The notes: generated from the sequence alone by a model not told the origin. A DNA stretch of 64,000 nucleotides from an uncultured Pseudomonadales bacterium (GCA_964511345.1 CAZEEV010000002.1:2770-66769); one strand, 5' to 3'. Shown: positions 1-9,511, counted from the first letter of the stretch. Program-made: numbers and translations.

Positions 1-43
1 GATTATATATTTTTTAAAGACGATTTCAAGAGGGAATTTGTGT

Positions 44-2383
44 TTAAAGTAATTTAGCACGCTGATTGATTTCTGCCTCAACCAGCTCCTTATCTTTACC
101 ATATTTCAGACGAGATAATTGTTTAACCATTTCCGCTAATTTGGGATTCATGCGCGCTTCTTGTGCCTTGATATCTTTATATAATGACATGCTGAAAGCA
201 GATACTGGCTCATTATCAACTATCGTCTTGATGTAAGCATGATATTTTTCGACATTTGTTAGATCATTTTCATTAAAGGTCGGCGCAAATTCATGTTGCA
301 AGAAATTGGCATCAGTTACACCGACACGGAAAGACACCATGGTTCCAACGTTACCAAAAACAGCATTTTTGATCTCTTCATCGATCTGACCAATAAACTG
401 ATTCGCCACAATTAAATTGAGACGATATTTACGAGCCTCAGATAAAATGGCAGCAAAGTCTTCAGTAGCAAAATTTTGAAACTCATCGACATATAAGAAA
501 AAGTCTGGACGCTGATCCATGGGCACATTTTGACGACTCATAGCAGCAGTCAAAATTTTTGGTACCAAAATTAAACCTAAAAACTTGGCATCTTCTTCAC
601 CTAGAATACCTTTAGATAAGTTGCATAAAACGATTTTCTTTTCATCCATCGCTTTACGAAAGTCAAAGGCACTAGCTGGTTGACCAATGATATTACGCAT
701 GGTCTTGTTGGTGACAAAACGTCCAAACTTAGAGACGATATAATCCATCACCTCAGACTTATGAAAATCAGATGTATTGGCAATCTGATCAGTCCAATAA
801 CGCTTGACCATACCATCTTTAACTAAGGGTAAGTACTCTTCGACAAATTTAGCATCAGTTAAAATACGCACCATCTCGATAAAAGTACTACCAGGCTTAC
901 ACATAATCGTCAGCATGGCATTACGAATAGCATGTTCAAAACGTGGACCGACAATACCAGTATGGTGAGGATCATAAAGCTTATACATCAAGCCAATAAT
1001 GGAACTGGCCACAAAATGCATCTGCTCTTCTGTGTCGGCTTCCATAATATTCATCCCCATCGGTCGCTCCAAGTCGGAAGGATTGAAATAAATAACATCT
1101 TCCGCTCGCTCTGGAGGCATGAGTTGCAGAACATCTTCAACTAAGTCACCATGAGGATCGATGACTGCTACTCCATGACCAGCTTCAATATCTTGAAGTA
1201 CCATGTCTTTCAAAAATTCAGATTTACCAGTACCAGTTTTACCAATGATATAAGTATGGCGGCGGCGATCATTAAGTCCCGCATAAATATCTCTTTCTTC
1301 GCCACGATAAATCGATTTACCCATAAATAAACCCGTAGTTGGAATTTTATTTGGAGCTGGGGCATTTTTAGCAGTCAATACTCTAATGTGATGTGTCTCC
1401 ACTGTTTTATTAGGAAAATGCATTACAGTCGCCAACTCTTCAGTATTCAAAACCATCGTATTCCAGTTAAACAAAGGCATATAGCGATAAATGAAATCAA
1501 CCATAAAAAGATGTTTCAAAATGAAAAAAGCTTTTTTGAAGTTATTGTAAGTGGAAGAAAATTGAGAAAATGCTCCTACAATATTGTTCAAATGTGATTG
1601 AGCAGTAGTGGCATTTTGCGCTGATACCACCACTCTAATAGAAACTCTAAAACCTGGTTTACCAACTTTATTATTAATCGCTTCCACTTCTTTAGGATCA
1701 TGAGTGTAGTTGGCTTTATCTGGATCAGACTCACGCTTTTTCTCTTTTTGATTATGTTTTAGACCACGATCTTGCCAACGTTTCCCCTCTGGTCTTAAAA
1801 GTATTTGTAAAGTTGCTCCTTCACCATCGCCCATTTTGGACATAGCTGAAGTTAGTAAAGAAAGACCATCGGTTGGTAAATCTTTATAAGTTTTAATCGG
1901 ATAAAAATTAGCCTTAGCCAATTTAACTGGAGTAAAAGCTACGCGACCTTTTTCATTAAAAATATTGACTTCATCCATCTCTGTAATTGCAGCTGATGGG
2001 TAAGCACCATTAATTTGTTTTTCCACCAAATCACGAATTGTTTTATGACAAGTCACATAAAAAGCAATGTCTTCTTTCATGCCTATAATCTCAAAACTGA
2101 TTGTGTCTTCTGGTTTGAGGAAAGAAAAAAAGCCTTCTTTTTTAAGCGAATAGAGTCCAGCAAACATTTGTTCTGCTGCATCAATCTTAATCTCATTGCT
2201 TTTGGGTAACTTGACTAGCAAAGTCACAAAATTTAATACATAGCTTTCGCGACGCTGATTTTTGATTAAAGAAGCGATTAAAAATACTAATAAAACCAAA
2301 CACACTAGTAAACTAACCACAACGAAGGCAGAAATAAAAAAACTATTCAGTTGAGATAGCATGCTTTGCGCCTGATCATTCAT
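44..2383 (-). CDS. TraD/TraG/VirD4-family P-loop ATPase (type IV secretion coupling-protein-like) with N-terminal membrane anchor
   Basis: N-terminal hydrophobic helix; Walker A IIGKTGTGKSEF followed by VIDPHGDL; Walker B-like LYVDEFQNF and downstream ANQ motif, typical of the TrwB/TraD/VirD4 and DUF87 ATPase families; 779 aa. Confidence 0.6.
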   Translation of the reverse strand: MNDQAQSMLSQLNSFFISAFVVVSLLVCLVLLVFLIASLIKNQRRESYVLNFVTLLVKLPKSNEIKIDAAEQMFAGLYSLKKEGFFSFLKPEDTISFEIIGMKEDIAFYVTCHKTIRDLVEKQINGAYPSAAITEMDEVNIFNEKGRVAFTPVKLAKANFYPIKTYKDLPTDGLSLLTSAMSKMGDGEGATLQILLRPEGKRWQDRGLKHNQKEKKRESDPDKANYTHDPKEVEAINNKVGKPGFRVSIRVVVSAQNATTAQSHLNNIVGAFSQFSSTYNNFKKAFFILKHLFMVDFIYRYMPLFNWNTMVLNTEELATVMHFPNKTVETHHIRVLTAKNAPAPNKIPTTGLFMGKSIYRGEERDIYAGLNDRRRHTYIIGKTGTGKSEFLKDMVLQDIEAGHGVAVIDPHGDLVEDVLQLMPPERAEDVIYFNPSDLERPMGMNIMEADTEEQMHFVASSIIGLMYKLYDPHHTGIVGPRFEHAIRNAMLTIMCKPGSTFIEMVRILTDAKFVEEYLPLVKDGMVKRYWTDQIANTSDFHKSEVMDYIVSKFGRFVTNKTMRNIIGQPASAFDFRKAMDEKKIVLCNLSKGILGEEDAKFLGLILVPKILTAAMSRQNVPMDQRPDFFLYVDEFQNFATEDFAAILSEARKYRLNLIVANQFIGQIDEEIKNAVFGNVGTMVSFRVGVTDANFLQHEFAPTFNENDLTNVEKYHAYIKTIVDNEPVSAFSMSLYKDIKAQEARMNPKLAEMVKQLSRLKYGKDKELVEAEINQRAKLL

Positions 2384-3047
2384 AATCTACTTCTTCTTTA
2401 TATACTACTGCCCCTGAAAACATTTTGGCAATTTTCTTGCACCACTCAACTAACCAACGCACACTATATTTAGTGCTCTTGAACTTCGCTTCTTCTTTAC
2501 TTTTGGCAGTAATAGGCAAAACCACCACTGGTTTATTAGACACAGCCACTGGAGTGACTGCTTCTGTAGCCAATTTATCAATTTCTTGTTGTTTCTCTTT
2601 AATCAAAGCTTGCTCACGTTGTTCCTTGCTTTCTTTAGAAACTTCTTTAATTTCTTGGGAAAGTTCTACTAACTCTGGATTACTCACAACTTCAGCTGGA
2701 GCTTCTACTTGAGATTCTGGGATTTGTGCAAGCTCAGCCTGAGGCGTATTCTCCGCAGGCAGCTGACTACTCAAAGTTTCTTTGGCACGAGCAGGACTTT
2801 GAGGAATGCTTACGCTACCGACAGGAGCGTCGGTCTTACTAATCTGATTGGTAAGTGTTTGATTGATTAAATTATCAAGTAAATTCAATTTTTCATCATC
2901 ATCACTTGTATAAACAACAGTTTGCTTAGAAAAAGCAGGCAAAAACTTACCCAAAGTCGGATATTTGCTAGCATTGGAACTGGAAAAAATCCTTTTTAAG
3001 GATTGACTATTTGACACAAGATTATCATAACGTTTTTTTAACGCCAC
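2376..3047 (-). CDS. hypothetical protein, acidic/low-complexity (Glu/Lys/Ser-rich)
   Basis: ORF of 223 aa co-directional with and overlapping the ATPase gene by 8 bp; no recognisable motif. Confidence 0.3.
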   Translation of the reverse strand: MALKKRYDNLVSNSQSLKRIFSSSNASKYPTLGKFLPAFSKQTVVYTSDDDEKLNLLDNLINQTLTNQISKTDAPVGSVSIPQSPARAKETLSSQLPAENTPQAELAQIPESQVEAPAEVVSNPELVELSQEIKEVSKESKEQREQALIKEKQQEIDKLATEAVTPVAVSNKPVVVLPITAKSKEEAKFKSTKYSVRWLVEWCKKIAKMFSGAVVYKEEVDYE

Positions 3048-3529
3048 TTAAAGAAGAGCTTTGTATTTAAATCTTCATCGCTTAAAAATCCAGGCTGGGT
3101 TTCTAAAACCAAATTCACTGGCTGCGGAGAAGTATAGATTTCCAGTGTTTGATTTTTCTGAGCTGATCTCTGGCATCCCATGAACATTGATTTATTAAGC
3201 CAACAAATATCTAAATCAAAAAGCATCTCTTTCATCCAAAAATAACGAGTTGCTTGATTTGGAAAAACAAATAACAAGCCATCAATAGTTTGGCCATCAA
3301 GACTTCTCATCTCCATTCGATTAGACAAACCTTGAGTAATGCTGGCTTGAGTCTTGGCTACTTCCACAAGTATTTCTTTTTGGGGTTGAGAAAAAAAGGA
3401 TTTTTTCAAAGTTAAGCGCAATAATTGATGATCTTTCGTAAAGAAAATAAAAGCATAACTTGTATAAAAAAAATAAAGACCAAATAAAACCACTCCAATT
3501 AAAAAAACTAAAAAAGCCCGCGCTTTCAT
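3038..3529 (-). CDS. DUF192-family protein with N-terminal membrane anchor
   Basis: N-terminal TM helix; FWMKEMLFDLDICWL resembles the DUF192/COG1430 signature (FWMKNT..PLDIIF). Confidence 0.45.
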   Translation of the reverse strand: MKARAFLVFLIGVVLFGLYFFYTSYAFIFFTKDHQLLRLTLKKSFFSQPQKEILVEVAKTQASITQGLSNRMEMRSLDGQTIDGLLFVFPNQATRYFWMKEMLFDLDICWLNKSMFMGCQRSAQKNQTLEIYTSPQPVNLVLETQPGFLSDEDLNTKLFFKWR

Positions 3530-3533
3530 AAAT

Positions 3534-4040
3534 TTAAAAAAGCAAAATTACTAACAAAAAAACAAAATAGCTAAGCACTGCCCAACAAATTTTTTTAATT
3601 AATTCACTTGTAATCTCAATTTTAAACATAGATAAAAAACGTTGTTTAAAAAGCAATGCCTCACTACGTAATTGCCACATTTCTATTAGTAAATAGAAAT
3701 TAATAGCAAGAATCAAAGCAATGCCTAAAATGCTTCCCGAAGAGGTTATAACAAAAATACTTAAGAAAGGTAAAATTAAAAGAAAGAGAAAATTGCGGCT
3801 AGCAGGAATGCAAAAATGCGAGTTGTTTTCGGAAGATAGATCAGGATTTTCTGTATATAGTTTATACAAATATTGTTCATCAATGTACAATAAAACTATG
3901 CCTAAAATATAAGCAGCAATGAAACCGATTAAACTTCCTAAATTTTGCCATGCTTTGAAAAAGAGGATTAAAAAAACTAATAAAGATAATGGAAAAAGTA
4001 CTTTAAAAAGAATCTGTTTTTTAGAAAATAATTGACTCAT
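3534..4040 (-). CDS. polytopic membrane protein, hypothetical
   Basis: 168 aa with 4-5 predicted hydrophobic helices; no motif. Confidence 0.35.
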   Translation of the reverse strand: MSQLFSKKQILFKVLFPLSLLVFLILFFKAWQNLGSLIGFIAAYILGIVLLYIDEQYLYKLYTENPDLSSENNSHFCIPASRNFLFLLILPFLSIFVITSSGSILGIALILAINFYLLIEMWQLRSEALLFKQRFLSMFKIEITSELIKKICWAVLSYFVFLLVILLF

Positions 4041-5194
4041 TTTTTCAATTCTAAAATCTTACTAACAGCATTATCAACTTTGTTTCTAAAGCTTTCTGAA
4101 TCTTCATATTCTTTTTGCAAAGTCACCACTACTTCTTCCAAAGAAGATGCTTGGGTGCCTCTGCCAAAAACTAAAACATTGTTGCCAGCTTCAATAGCTT
4201 CCACGGCTACTTGCCCCAAACTTTTTTCCTGAATGCCATCTCCTTGCACTCTAGCCGACTTCATTGTTAAGTCATCAGTAAAAAGTAAAGCTTTTGGATA
4301 AGTGTCCGTAAATTTACTCAAGCATTCTTCACTTAAACTACAAACCTGTCCAGACAATTTATTTTTCAAACGCACGTGAGTAGTCATAACACCAATGTTC
4401 TTAAATTTATTTAAAAGCTGACTAAAAATTTCTGTATCATTTTTACTTAAAGTGATGGTAGAAACCGTGTTATGAGGATCCTTACTAATTGAACCTATCC
4501 CTGGGAAATGTTTTATCACTGTCATTACTCCATTCTGGGAAAAACTTAGAATAAAGTTACTGGCGGCTGCATATGTTTTGTTTATATTCGCTGCTGCTCT
4601 CGTTTTCAAAACAGCACTGTTAGAGGCCAAATCAACCACTGGTGCAAAAACCATATTTACCCCAACTTCATTTAATTCTCTAGCTGATTGATTAAAAATT
4701 GCTTTTTGTTGCTCACTGGAATAGTCAGTAACCACTTGCTGCCAAGCATCTAATTCGGTGAAACCTTCGCCATTCAAGCGTTGAACCAAACCACCTTCAT
4801 GATCAACGGCAATAAGTGGTAAATAGTCAGTTTCATTAAAAAAACCAAAAATTTTTTCTTTGGTGGAAAGAGCGGAAAAAGTGGATATTTTTTCACCAAA
4901 ATAAACCACTAAACCTGGATCGTAGTCTTCTATAAAGCGTAGCATCCGTGCACTCGAACTACTTTCTTCTTCTAACTCATTAAGATCAATGGGAGCTGCT
5001 ATAAGCTGCGCAATTTTAGCTTTACCAGTCAGTTCTTTTTTGGGAGATTTGGTAGGTGTTGGAGTCAGGACTGGCTCCACCTCAGCAAGTTGGTTTGATT
5101 CTTTGAAAAAAGGTTTTTTAAAATAATTGTAAGCAGAAATTAAAACTAAGATAAAAAGAAAAAAAATTAGTAATTTAGTGGTCCAATGTCTCAT
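4037..5194 (-). CDS. glycoside hydrolase family 3 beta-N-acetylhexosaminidase (NagZ-like), membrane-anchored with Pro/Thr linker
   Basis: GH3 N-terminal domain motifs LIAVDHEGGLVQRL and IKHFPGIG (KHFPGHG signature); N-terminal TM helix and TPTPTKSPKK linker. Confidence 0.65.
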   Translation of the reverse strand: MRHWTTKLLIFFLFILVLISAYNYFKKPFFKESNQLAEVEPVLTPTPTKSPKKELTGKAKIAQLIAAPIDLNELEEESSSSARMLRFIEDYDPGLVVYFGEKISTFSALSTKEKIFGFFNETDYLPLIAVDHEGGLVQRLNGEGFTELDAWQQVVTDYSSEQQKAIFNQSARELNEVGVNMVFAPVVDLASNSAVLKTRAAANINKTYAAASNFILSFSQNGVMTVIKHFPGIGSISKDPHNTVSTITLSKNDTEIFSQLLNKFKNIGVMTTHVRLKNKLSGQVCSLSEECLSKFTDTYPKALLFTDDLTMKSARVQGDGIQEKSLGQVAVEAIEAGNNVLVFGRGTQASSLEEVVVTLQKEYEDSESFRNKVDNAVSKILELKK

Positions 5195-5570
5195 GTTGTT
5201 CTTTTAGCTGTTTTAGTTTCCACATAAACAATTTAGCTTTATTATCTGCTCTAGAATCAATAACGAAGCTTAGAGCAGTTTCCAAGATACCGCGTGGTAA
5301 AGTTTTAGCTAATTTAATATACAACGCCGTGTGTTTCTTGTCTGCCAAGACTTCTGCCAAATGACAACCAAAGCTTTGAAATTCATGAGCAATGTGTTTA
5401 TTTTTTTCAGTTACCTGATATCTACTAAGCAAATCCTTAGTCGAAGTAAATTCAGCTTTTTGACGATCGGTGGCTGATTTTTTTTCAAGAGTTTTCTTGG
5501 AATCAATCAAATCAGGAAAAAGAGGTACAGCGCGGTACTTTTCAGATTTAGCAAATGTTACTTTTGACAT
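5175..5570 (-). CDS. hypothetical protein
   Basis: 131 aa ORF in operon orientation; no motif recognised. Confidence 0.3.
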   Translation of the reverse strand: MSKVTFAKSEKYRAVPLFPDLIDSKKTLEKKSATDRQKAEFTSTKDLLSRYQVTEKNKHIAHEFQSFGCHLAEVLADKKHTALYIKLAKTLPRGILETALSFVIDSRADNKAKLFMWKLKQLKEQHETLDH

Positions 5571-5571
5571 C

Positions 5572-6234
5572 TTACGAAAAATTATAGCCCAAACTCTGTA
5601 GAATGGCTTTATTTTTAGCCACTATCTCTTTTGGTAAATTACCCTCTTCCTCAACAACCAACTGAAGAGGTTTTTTTGCTAATTTTTCATAGAAGCTTAC
5701 TTGGGTAGCCAGGATTTCTTTGACTAAATTCAGATCAGCAAAAGCCAACCAATCAGCAGAAATCAAATATTGACCAAGATTATAAGTAGTTTCGCCACCT
5801 GCTAAAGTAAAACAAATTTTATTAGCAATGTGAATATTGCGTGGACGCACCATGTGACCCTTAATCTCATGAGCTAATTCCAATGGATCAGCAAATGGTA
5901 AAATTCCAGCATAAAGTAGTTTTTCTTGATCTGCCAAAACTTGTAAGTGTTGTTGCATACTAGCATTAGCCTCATCGAAATCATTTAAAGCTAGAGCTTC
6001 TTTGACATAGGCGTTTTCTTCACTAGCTACGATGCGTAGCTGACGATCTGGAACATCACATTTGTCCATCATCTGGCGCACTGCTGTCAGCATTCGGCTG
6101 AAATTTTCTAATTTCAAGCCAGCGCCCAAGAAAGCCAAGCGACGACCATAGTTAATCTGCACACCTTCATCACCACAAGCAATCACCCAAGGCATATTTG
6201 GGTTGAGTTTTTCTTGGTTATTTTGTTCTGACAT
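5572..6234 (-). CDS. conserved hypothetical protein (unassigned fold)
   Basis: 220 aa, compact ORF with good coding character; motifs ACGDEG and LAGGETTYNLGQ not confidently assignable. Confidence 0.3.
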   Translation of the reverse strand: MSEQNNQEKLNPNMPWVIACGDEGVQINYGRRLAFLGAGLKLENFSRMLTAVRQMMDKCDVPDRQLRIVASEENAYVKEALALNDFDEANASMQQHLQVLADQEKLLYAGILPFADPLELAHEIKGHMVRPRNIHIANKICFTLAGGETTYNLGQYLISADWLAFADLNLVKEILATQVSFYEKLAKKPLQLVVEEEGNLPKEIVAKNKAILQSLGYNFS

Positions 6235-6288
6235 TAAACTACCTTTATATAGGGCAGGAAATATAAAAAAACAAAAAAATGAAAGGAA

Positions 6289-6465
6289 CTAATCTTCGTC
6301 TTCATCTTCACTAGCTTCAGTCATGCCTTGCACAACCGCCAGATATTGTTTCATTTCTTGTTCAACTTGTTGCCAATTACCTTTGGCTTCACGGATCGCA
6401 TTAAATAATAAATCCATATCAATTAATAATTGGTCGTCTGTAACAATCATTCTTTGTTTTGCCAT
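6289..6465 (-). CDS. small hypothetical protein (58 aa) with acidic C-terminal tail; absent from the ORF track
   Basis: Manual translation gives MAKQRMIVTDDQLLIDMDLLFNAIREAKGNWQQVEQEMKQYLAVVQGMTEASEDEDED, ATG to TAG, in a 320-bp otherwise unassigned gap. Confidence 0.25.
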   Translation of the reverse strand: MAKQRMIVTDDQLLIDMDLLFNAIREAKGNWQQVEQEMKQYLAVVQGMTEASEDEDED

Positions 6466-6554
6466 GGGGTTATTATACCTTATGAACGGTTAAATCTCAA
6501 TTAAAAAGGAAGACAATAGATAAAAAACAAAAGTAAAAAAATTCTATAGTCTTA

Positions 6555-7502
6555 TTAATCAATTAAGTTTAGTAAGAAAATCTTAGTCTTCTCTCTGAGA
6601 GAAGTATTCGAAGCCTTTGTTTGTGTATTCTCAGTGGTTACTGCGTTCTCAGTGGTTATTGCGTTCTCAGAGGTAATTGCGTTCTCAGAGGTAATCTTTG
6701 AAGGTACTTCTGTGGGAGTGGGTGTTGCAGAAGTCATTGTCGAAGGCACCTCTTTTGGAGGAGCTTCCGTCACGATTGGTTCATAATCTCCATTTAAATA
6801 ATCTATAATTTTGCAATCATCACCACCACCTCCAAATAGCCCGCTTATACCACTGCATTCATCAGCAAGATTATTGTAGGCTCCACATCCCTCGCAGCCA
6901 ATACTCCCTCCGTAACAATTTTTACAATTGTTCAGATAATCAGAACATCCTTCTGGCACAGGCAAACTTGTACAATCAGCTGCTGTTATACCATCTGCTA
7001 TTTCAATCTCTTCACCCACTTTATCTTCTAAAGACTCTATAATTTCACAATCATCACCACCACTTCCAAGTATTCCACTTATACCACTGCATTTATCAGC
7101 AAGATCATTGTAAGCTCCACACCCCTCACAACCGACACCCGCTTCACGGCAACCTTTACAGTTATCTAGATAATCAGAACATCCTTCTGGCACAGGCAAA
7201 CTTGTACACTCTTCAGGGGTTGGACCATCGTCAGATTCTTGGGGGGGAACTCCACCGTTATAAGGATCACTACCATCCCAAGCCTGCTGGCGATTATCCT
7301 GACTTTGACCAATCTTAGAAACTGTAAAAGCCAGAGCAGTGATAATGAGTGTCAAAGAGAGAAAAAATAGAGTAATTTGCAAACGTCTCTTCTTTTTTCT
7401 GCGTTCAATTGCATTAACTTTATTATTCATCAAATTTAAACGAGTAACATTACGCTTTAGCTTCATACAATTGATTAAAGCACTAATTAATTTAAGTATC
7501 AA
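6555..7502 (-). CDS. surface protein with N-terminal signal anchor, two ~78-aa Cys-rich modules and C-terminal TSENAI hexapeptide repeats (paralog family A)
   Basis: TM helix near aa 45; SQDNRQQAWDGSDPY segment shared with the 42735 protein; duplicated CTSLPVPEGCSDYL-NCK-C--GCEGCGAYN-LAD-CSGISG module; Thr/Ser-rich tail. Confidence 0.5.
   Translation of the reverse strand: MILKLISALINCMKLKRNVTRLNLMNNKVNAIERRKKKRRLQITLFFLSLTLIITALAFTVSKIGQSQDNRQQAWDGSDPYNGGVPPQESDDGPTPEECTSLPVPEGCSDYLDNCKGCREAGVGCEGCGAYNDLADKCSGISGILGSGGDDCEIIESLEDKVGEEIEIADGITAADCTSLPVPEGCSDYLNNCKNCYGGSIGCEGCGAYNNLADECSGISGLFGGGGDDCKIIDYLNGDYEPIVTEAPPKEVPSTMTSATPTPTEVPSKITSENAITSENAITTENAVTTENTQTKASNTSLREKTKIFLLNLID
6630..6701. 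repeat. 4 tandem copies of an 18-bp repeat (ctcagNggtNaNtgcgtt) encoding (T/S)ENA(I/V)T hexapeptides
   Basis: Direct inspection: units at 6630, 6648, 6666 and 6684, the last degenerate. Confidence 0.7.
6806..7225. repeat. intragenic tandem duplication, period ~234 bp (two copies), encoding the Cys-rich module
   Basis: Identical 39-mer ataatcagaacatccttctggcacaggcaaacttgtaca at 6936-6974 and 7170-7208 with flanking similarity. Confidence 0.7.
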
Positions 7503-7596
7503 CCATAATTAGTAATCGAGCCACCTTATAAAAAACAACTGGTCAGTGAAAAACATCTAAAATGGGGTAGAATCTCCTTTATTCATAAACAAAATT

Positions 7597-8244
7597 ATGA
7601 TTAACAAACAAAGATTTTTCGAATTAACTAGTTCCATTTTTATTCTGATTATCGTTATTCCTGTTGGATTTTGTATTTATCCAATATTACTGTATTTCAT
7701 CGGCAAACCAATCATTTTCAAGCAAAAAAGAGTCGGTCAAAATGGCAAAGTTTTCGTGATGTATAAATTGCGCAGTATGTATAAAAACGCTCTAGAAAAC
7801 AGAGCTAAATACCTGGCAAAAAATGAAGCCCCGGCGCCAATGTTTAAAATTGCCAATGATCCACGTTTTCTTCAGAAAAAAATTCAGCTACCCTTCACTA
7901 AAAAAGTGCTTATTTTAAGAGTGGGTCGCTATTTGTCTCAATCAGGTATCGATGAAATTCCTCAACTTTTAAATGTCTTAAAAGGAGAAATGAGTCTTTT
8001 TGGCCCTAGACCTTTACCAGTGATAGAAGCTGAACAATTGCAAAAACTAGATCAAAAATGGTATAAGTGGCGTCATAGTATTAAGCCAGGCATATTCTCT
8101 GCTTGGGCATTAGATACCAAACATAATCAATCTTTCAATTACTGGAAAAAGCTGGAAAAAGAAACTTTACAAATGACCACCGAAAAACAAATTTCGACCA
8201 TCTGGAAAATTATTATTAAGCAACTAAAAAGAGCGCTGTTTTAA
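7597..8244 (+). CDS. undecaprenyl-phosphate sugar phosphotransferase (bacterial sugar transferase, WbaP/PglC-like small form)
   Basis: Bac_transf signature IDEIPQLLNVLKGEMSLFGPRPLP; single N-terminal TM helix; 215 aa. Confidence 0.8.
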   Translation: MINKQRFFELTSSIFILIIVIPVGFCIYPILLYFIGKPIIFKQKRVGQNGKVFVMYKLRSMYKNALENRAKYLAKNEAPAPMFKIANDPRFLQKKIQLPFTKKVLILRVGRYLSQSGIDEIPQLLNVLKGEMSLFGPRPLPVIEAEQLQKLDQKWYKWRHSIKPGIFSAWALDTKHNQSFNYWKKLEKETLQMTTEKQISTIWKIIIKQLKRALF

Positions 8245-8262
8245 GGCGCTCTTTTTATTATT
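8227..8262. terminator. rho-independent terminator hairpin between convergent genes
   Basis: aaaagagcgc stem, tgttttaag loop, gcgctctttt stem, then a T-rich tract; the stop codon sits in the loop; placed between the sugar transferase and rpsA. Confidence 0.5.
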
Positions 8263-8281
8263 TATTTTCAAATAGAAAAGT

Positions 8282-9475
8282 TTATTTATAAGCAATTGGC
8301 ATCGAGGTATCAACGATAGATAAACTCATACGACGCTGTTCTGGAACGACGTTTTCTACGTTTACTGTGACTTTTTCACCAACTTTAAGATCTACACCTT
8401 CTAATTTAGAGGCATGAATTAAAGCATCAACACCTTTTTCAACATTGATAAAAGCACCGAAAGCTTCCACTCTGGTCACTTCACCAGTGAAAGTTGTGCC
8501 AACGCCATAACGTTCTTCAATACTTTCCCATGGATCAGCATCTAATTGCTTAATAGAAAGATTGAGTTTGTTGGTTTTTTCATCAATACCTAAAACTTTA
8601 ACTTTAATACGATCACCAACTTTATGGTAATCTTTTGGATGGTTAACTTTTTCCCAAGAAATTTCAGAAATATGAATTAAACCTTCCACATAACCAATGC
8701 TATCTTTGGCTTCAGAATCTTTAACTGGCACTTCAACAGTTACAAAAAGGCCAAAATGCATAACGCCAGAAACTACACCATCATAAATCTTGCCTTCTTC
8801 AACACTGGAAATAGCTAAATCTTTTTGAGCCAATTCTTTAGCTTCGCTGACATGTCTCTCAGAGAAAATCAAGCGATTTTTTTCACGATCAACTTCGATA
8901 GCTTTGACTGGGAAAGCCATACCCTTGAGGTTTTGAATTTTACCCATGTATTTACGACTAAATTGACTAGATGGAACAAAAGCACGCACGCCATTGACTA
9001 AAACGATTAAACCACCACGGTTCATTTCGATACCCTTGGCTTCTAATTCCTGATCTTTCTCCATGGCTTCTTCAAAATATTCCCATTTAGCATCAGAGGC
9101 TGCACCCTTAAGAGATAAAACTACTTGGCCCTTGTCATTATCAGTTGAAATGACAATGGCTTTGACAGCATCACCTTCCTTGAGTTCTCTAACAAAATCA
9201 ACTGCAAATTCGAATTCTTTTTCGGAAACAATTCCTTCAGTTTTAGAGCCTAAATCAATGATTAGACTTTTCTTATTCTTTTCGACGATCACACCAGAAA
9301 CGGTGTCACCTTTTTTTGGGATCACTAGCTTACCTGCGTTAGCAGTTAAGAGCTCCTCCATAGTTTGTAATTTCTTGACCGTTTTATCAGTCATAGCAAA
9401 AATATTTCCTTTCTTTTTGGATTGCGAGATTGTATCATGAAAGTCAGAGTTTCGCACCTTAAACTCAAAGTACAA
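8282..9475 (-). CDS. rpsA: 30S ribosomal protein S1
   Basis: Four S1-like OB repeats (GDTVSGVIVEK, GGLIVLVNGVRAFVPSSQ, GKIYDGVVSGVMHFGLFV, GTTFTGEVTRVEAFGAFIN); 397 aa. Confidence 0.8.
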   Translation of the reverse strand: MYFEFKVRNSDFHDTISQSKKKGNIFAMTDKTVKKLQTMEELLTANAGKLVIPKKGDTVSGVIVEKNKKSLIIDLGSKTEGIVSEKEFEFAVDFVRELKEGDAVKAIVISTDNDKGQVVLSLKGAASDAKWEYFEEAMEKDQELEAKGIEMNRGGLIVLVNGVRAFVPSSQFSRKYMGKIQNLKGMAFPVKAIEVDREKNRLIFSERHVSEAKELAQKDLAISSVEEGKIYDGVVSGVMHFGLFVTVEVPVKDSEAKDSIGYVEGLIHISEISWEKVNHPKDYHKVGDRIKVKVLGIDEKTNKLNLSIKQLDADPWESIEERYGVGTTFTGEVTRVEAFGAFINVEKGVDALIHASKLEGVDLKVGEKVTVNVENVVPEQRRMSLSIVDTSMPIAYK

Positions 9476-9511
9476 AAATTAATTAACATAAATAAAGGTA
9501 AACAAAAAAAT

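Noticed and set aside
932-2209. Short plus-strand ORFs (932-1144, 1388-1597, 2015-2209) inside the ATPase gene, and similar antisense ORFs inside rpsA, pgk, wzt, the mevalonate genes and the ligase
   Set aside because: Fully embedded antisense to long, motif-supported genes. This is typical AT-rich shadow ORF behaviour.
5572-6234. Assignment of the 220-aa protein to the LOG/lysine-decarboxylase-like or macro-domain families
   Set aside because: The PGGxGTxxE and GGGxGxMG motifs are not actually present. The resemblance (LAGGETTYNLGQ) is too weak to call.
7503-7596. Promoter call upstream of the sugar-transferase gene (TGgGGTAGAAT, an extended -10-like element, near 7565-7575)
   Set aside because: Plausible, but AT-rich intergenic DNA yields many -10-like hexamers. 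There is no convincing -35 element at proper spacing, so it is not reported as a feature.
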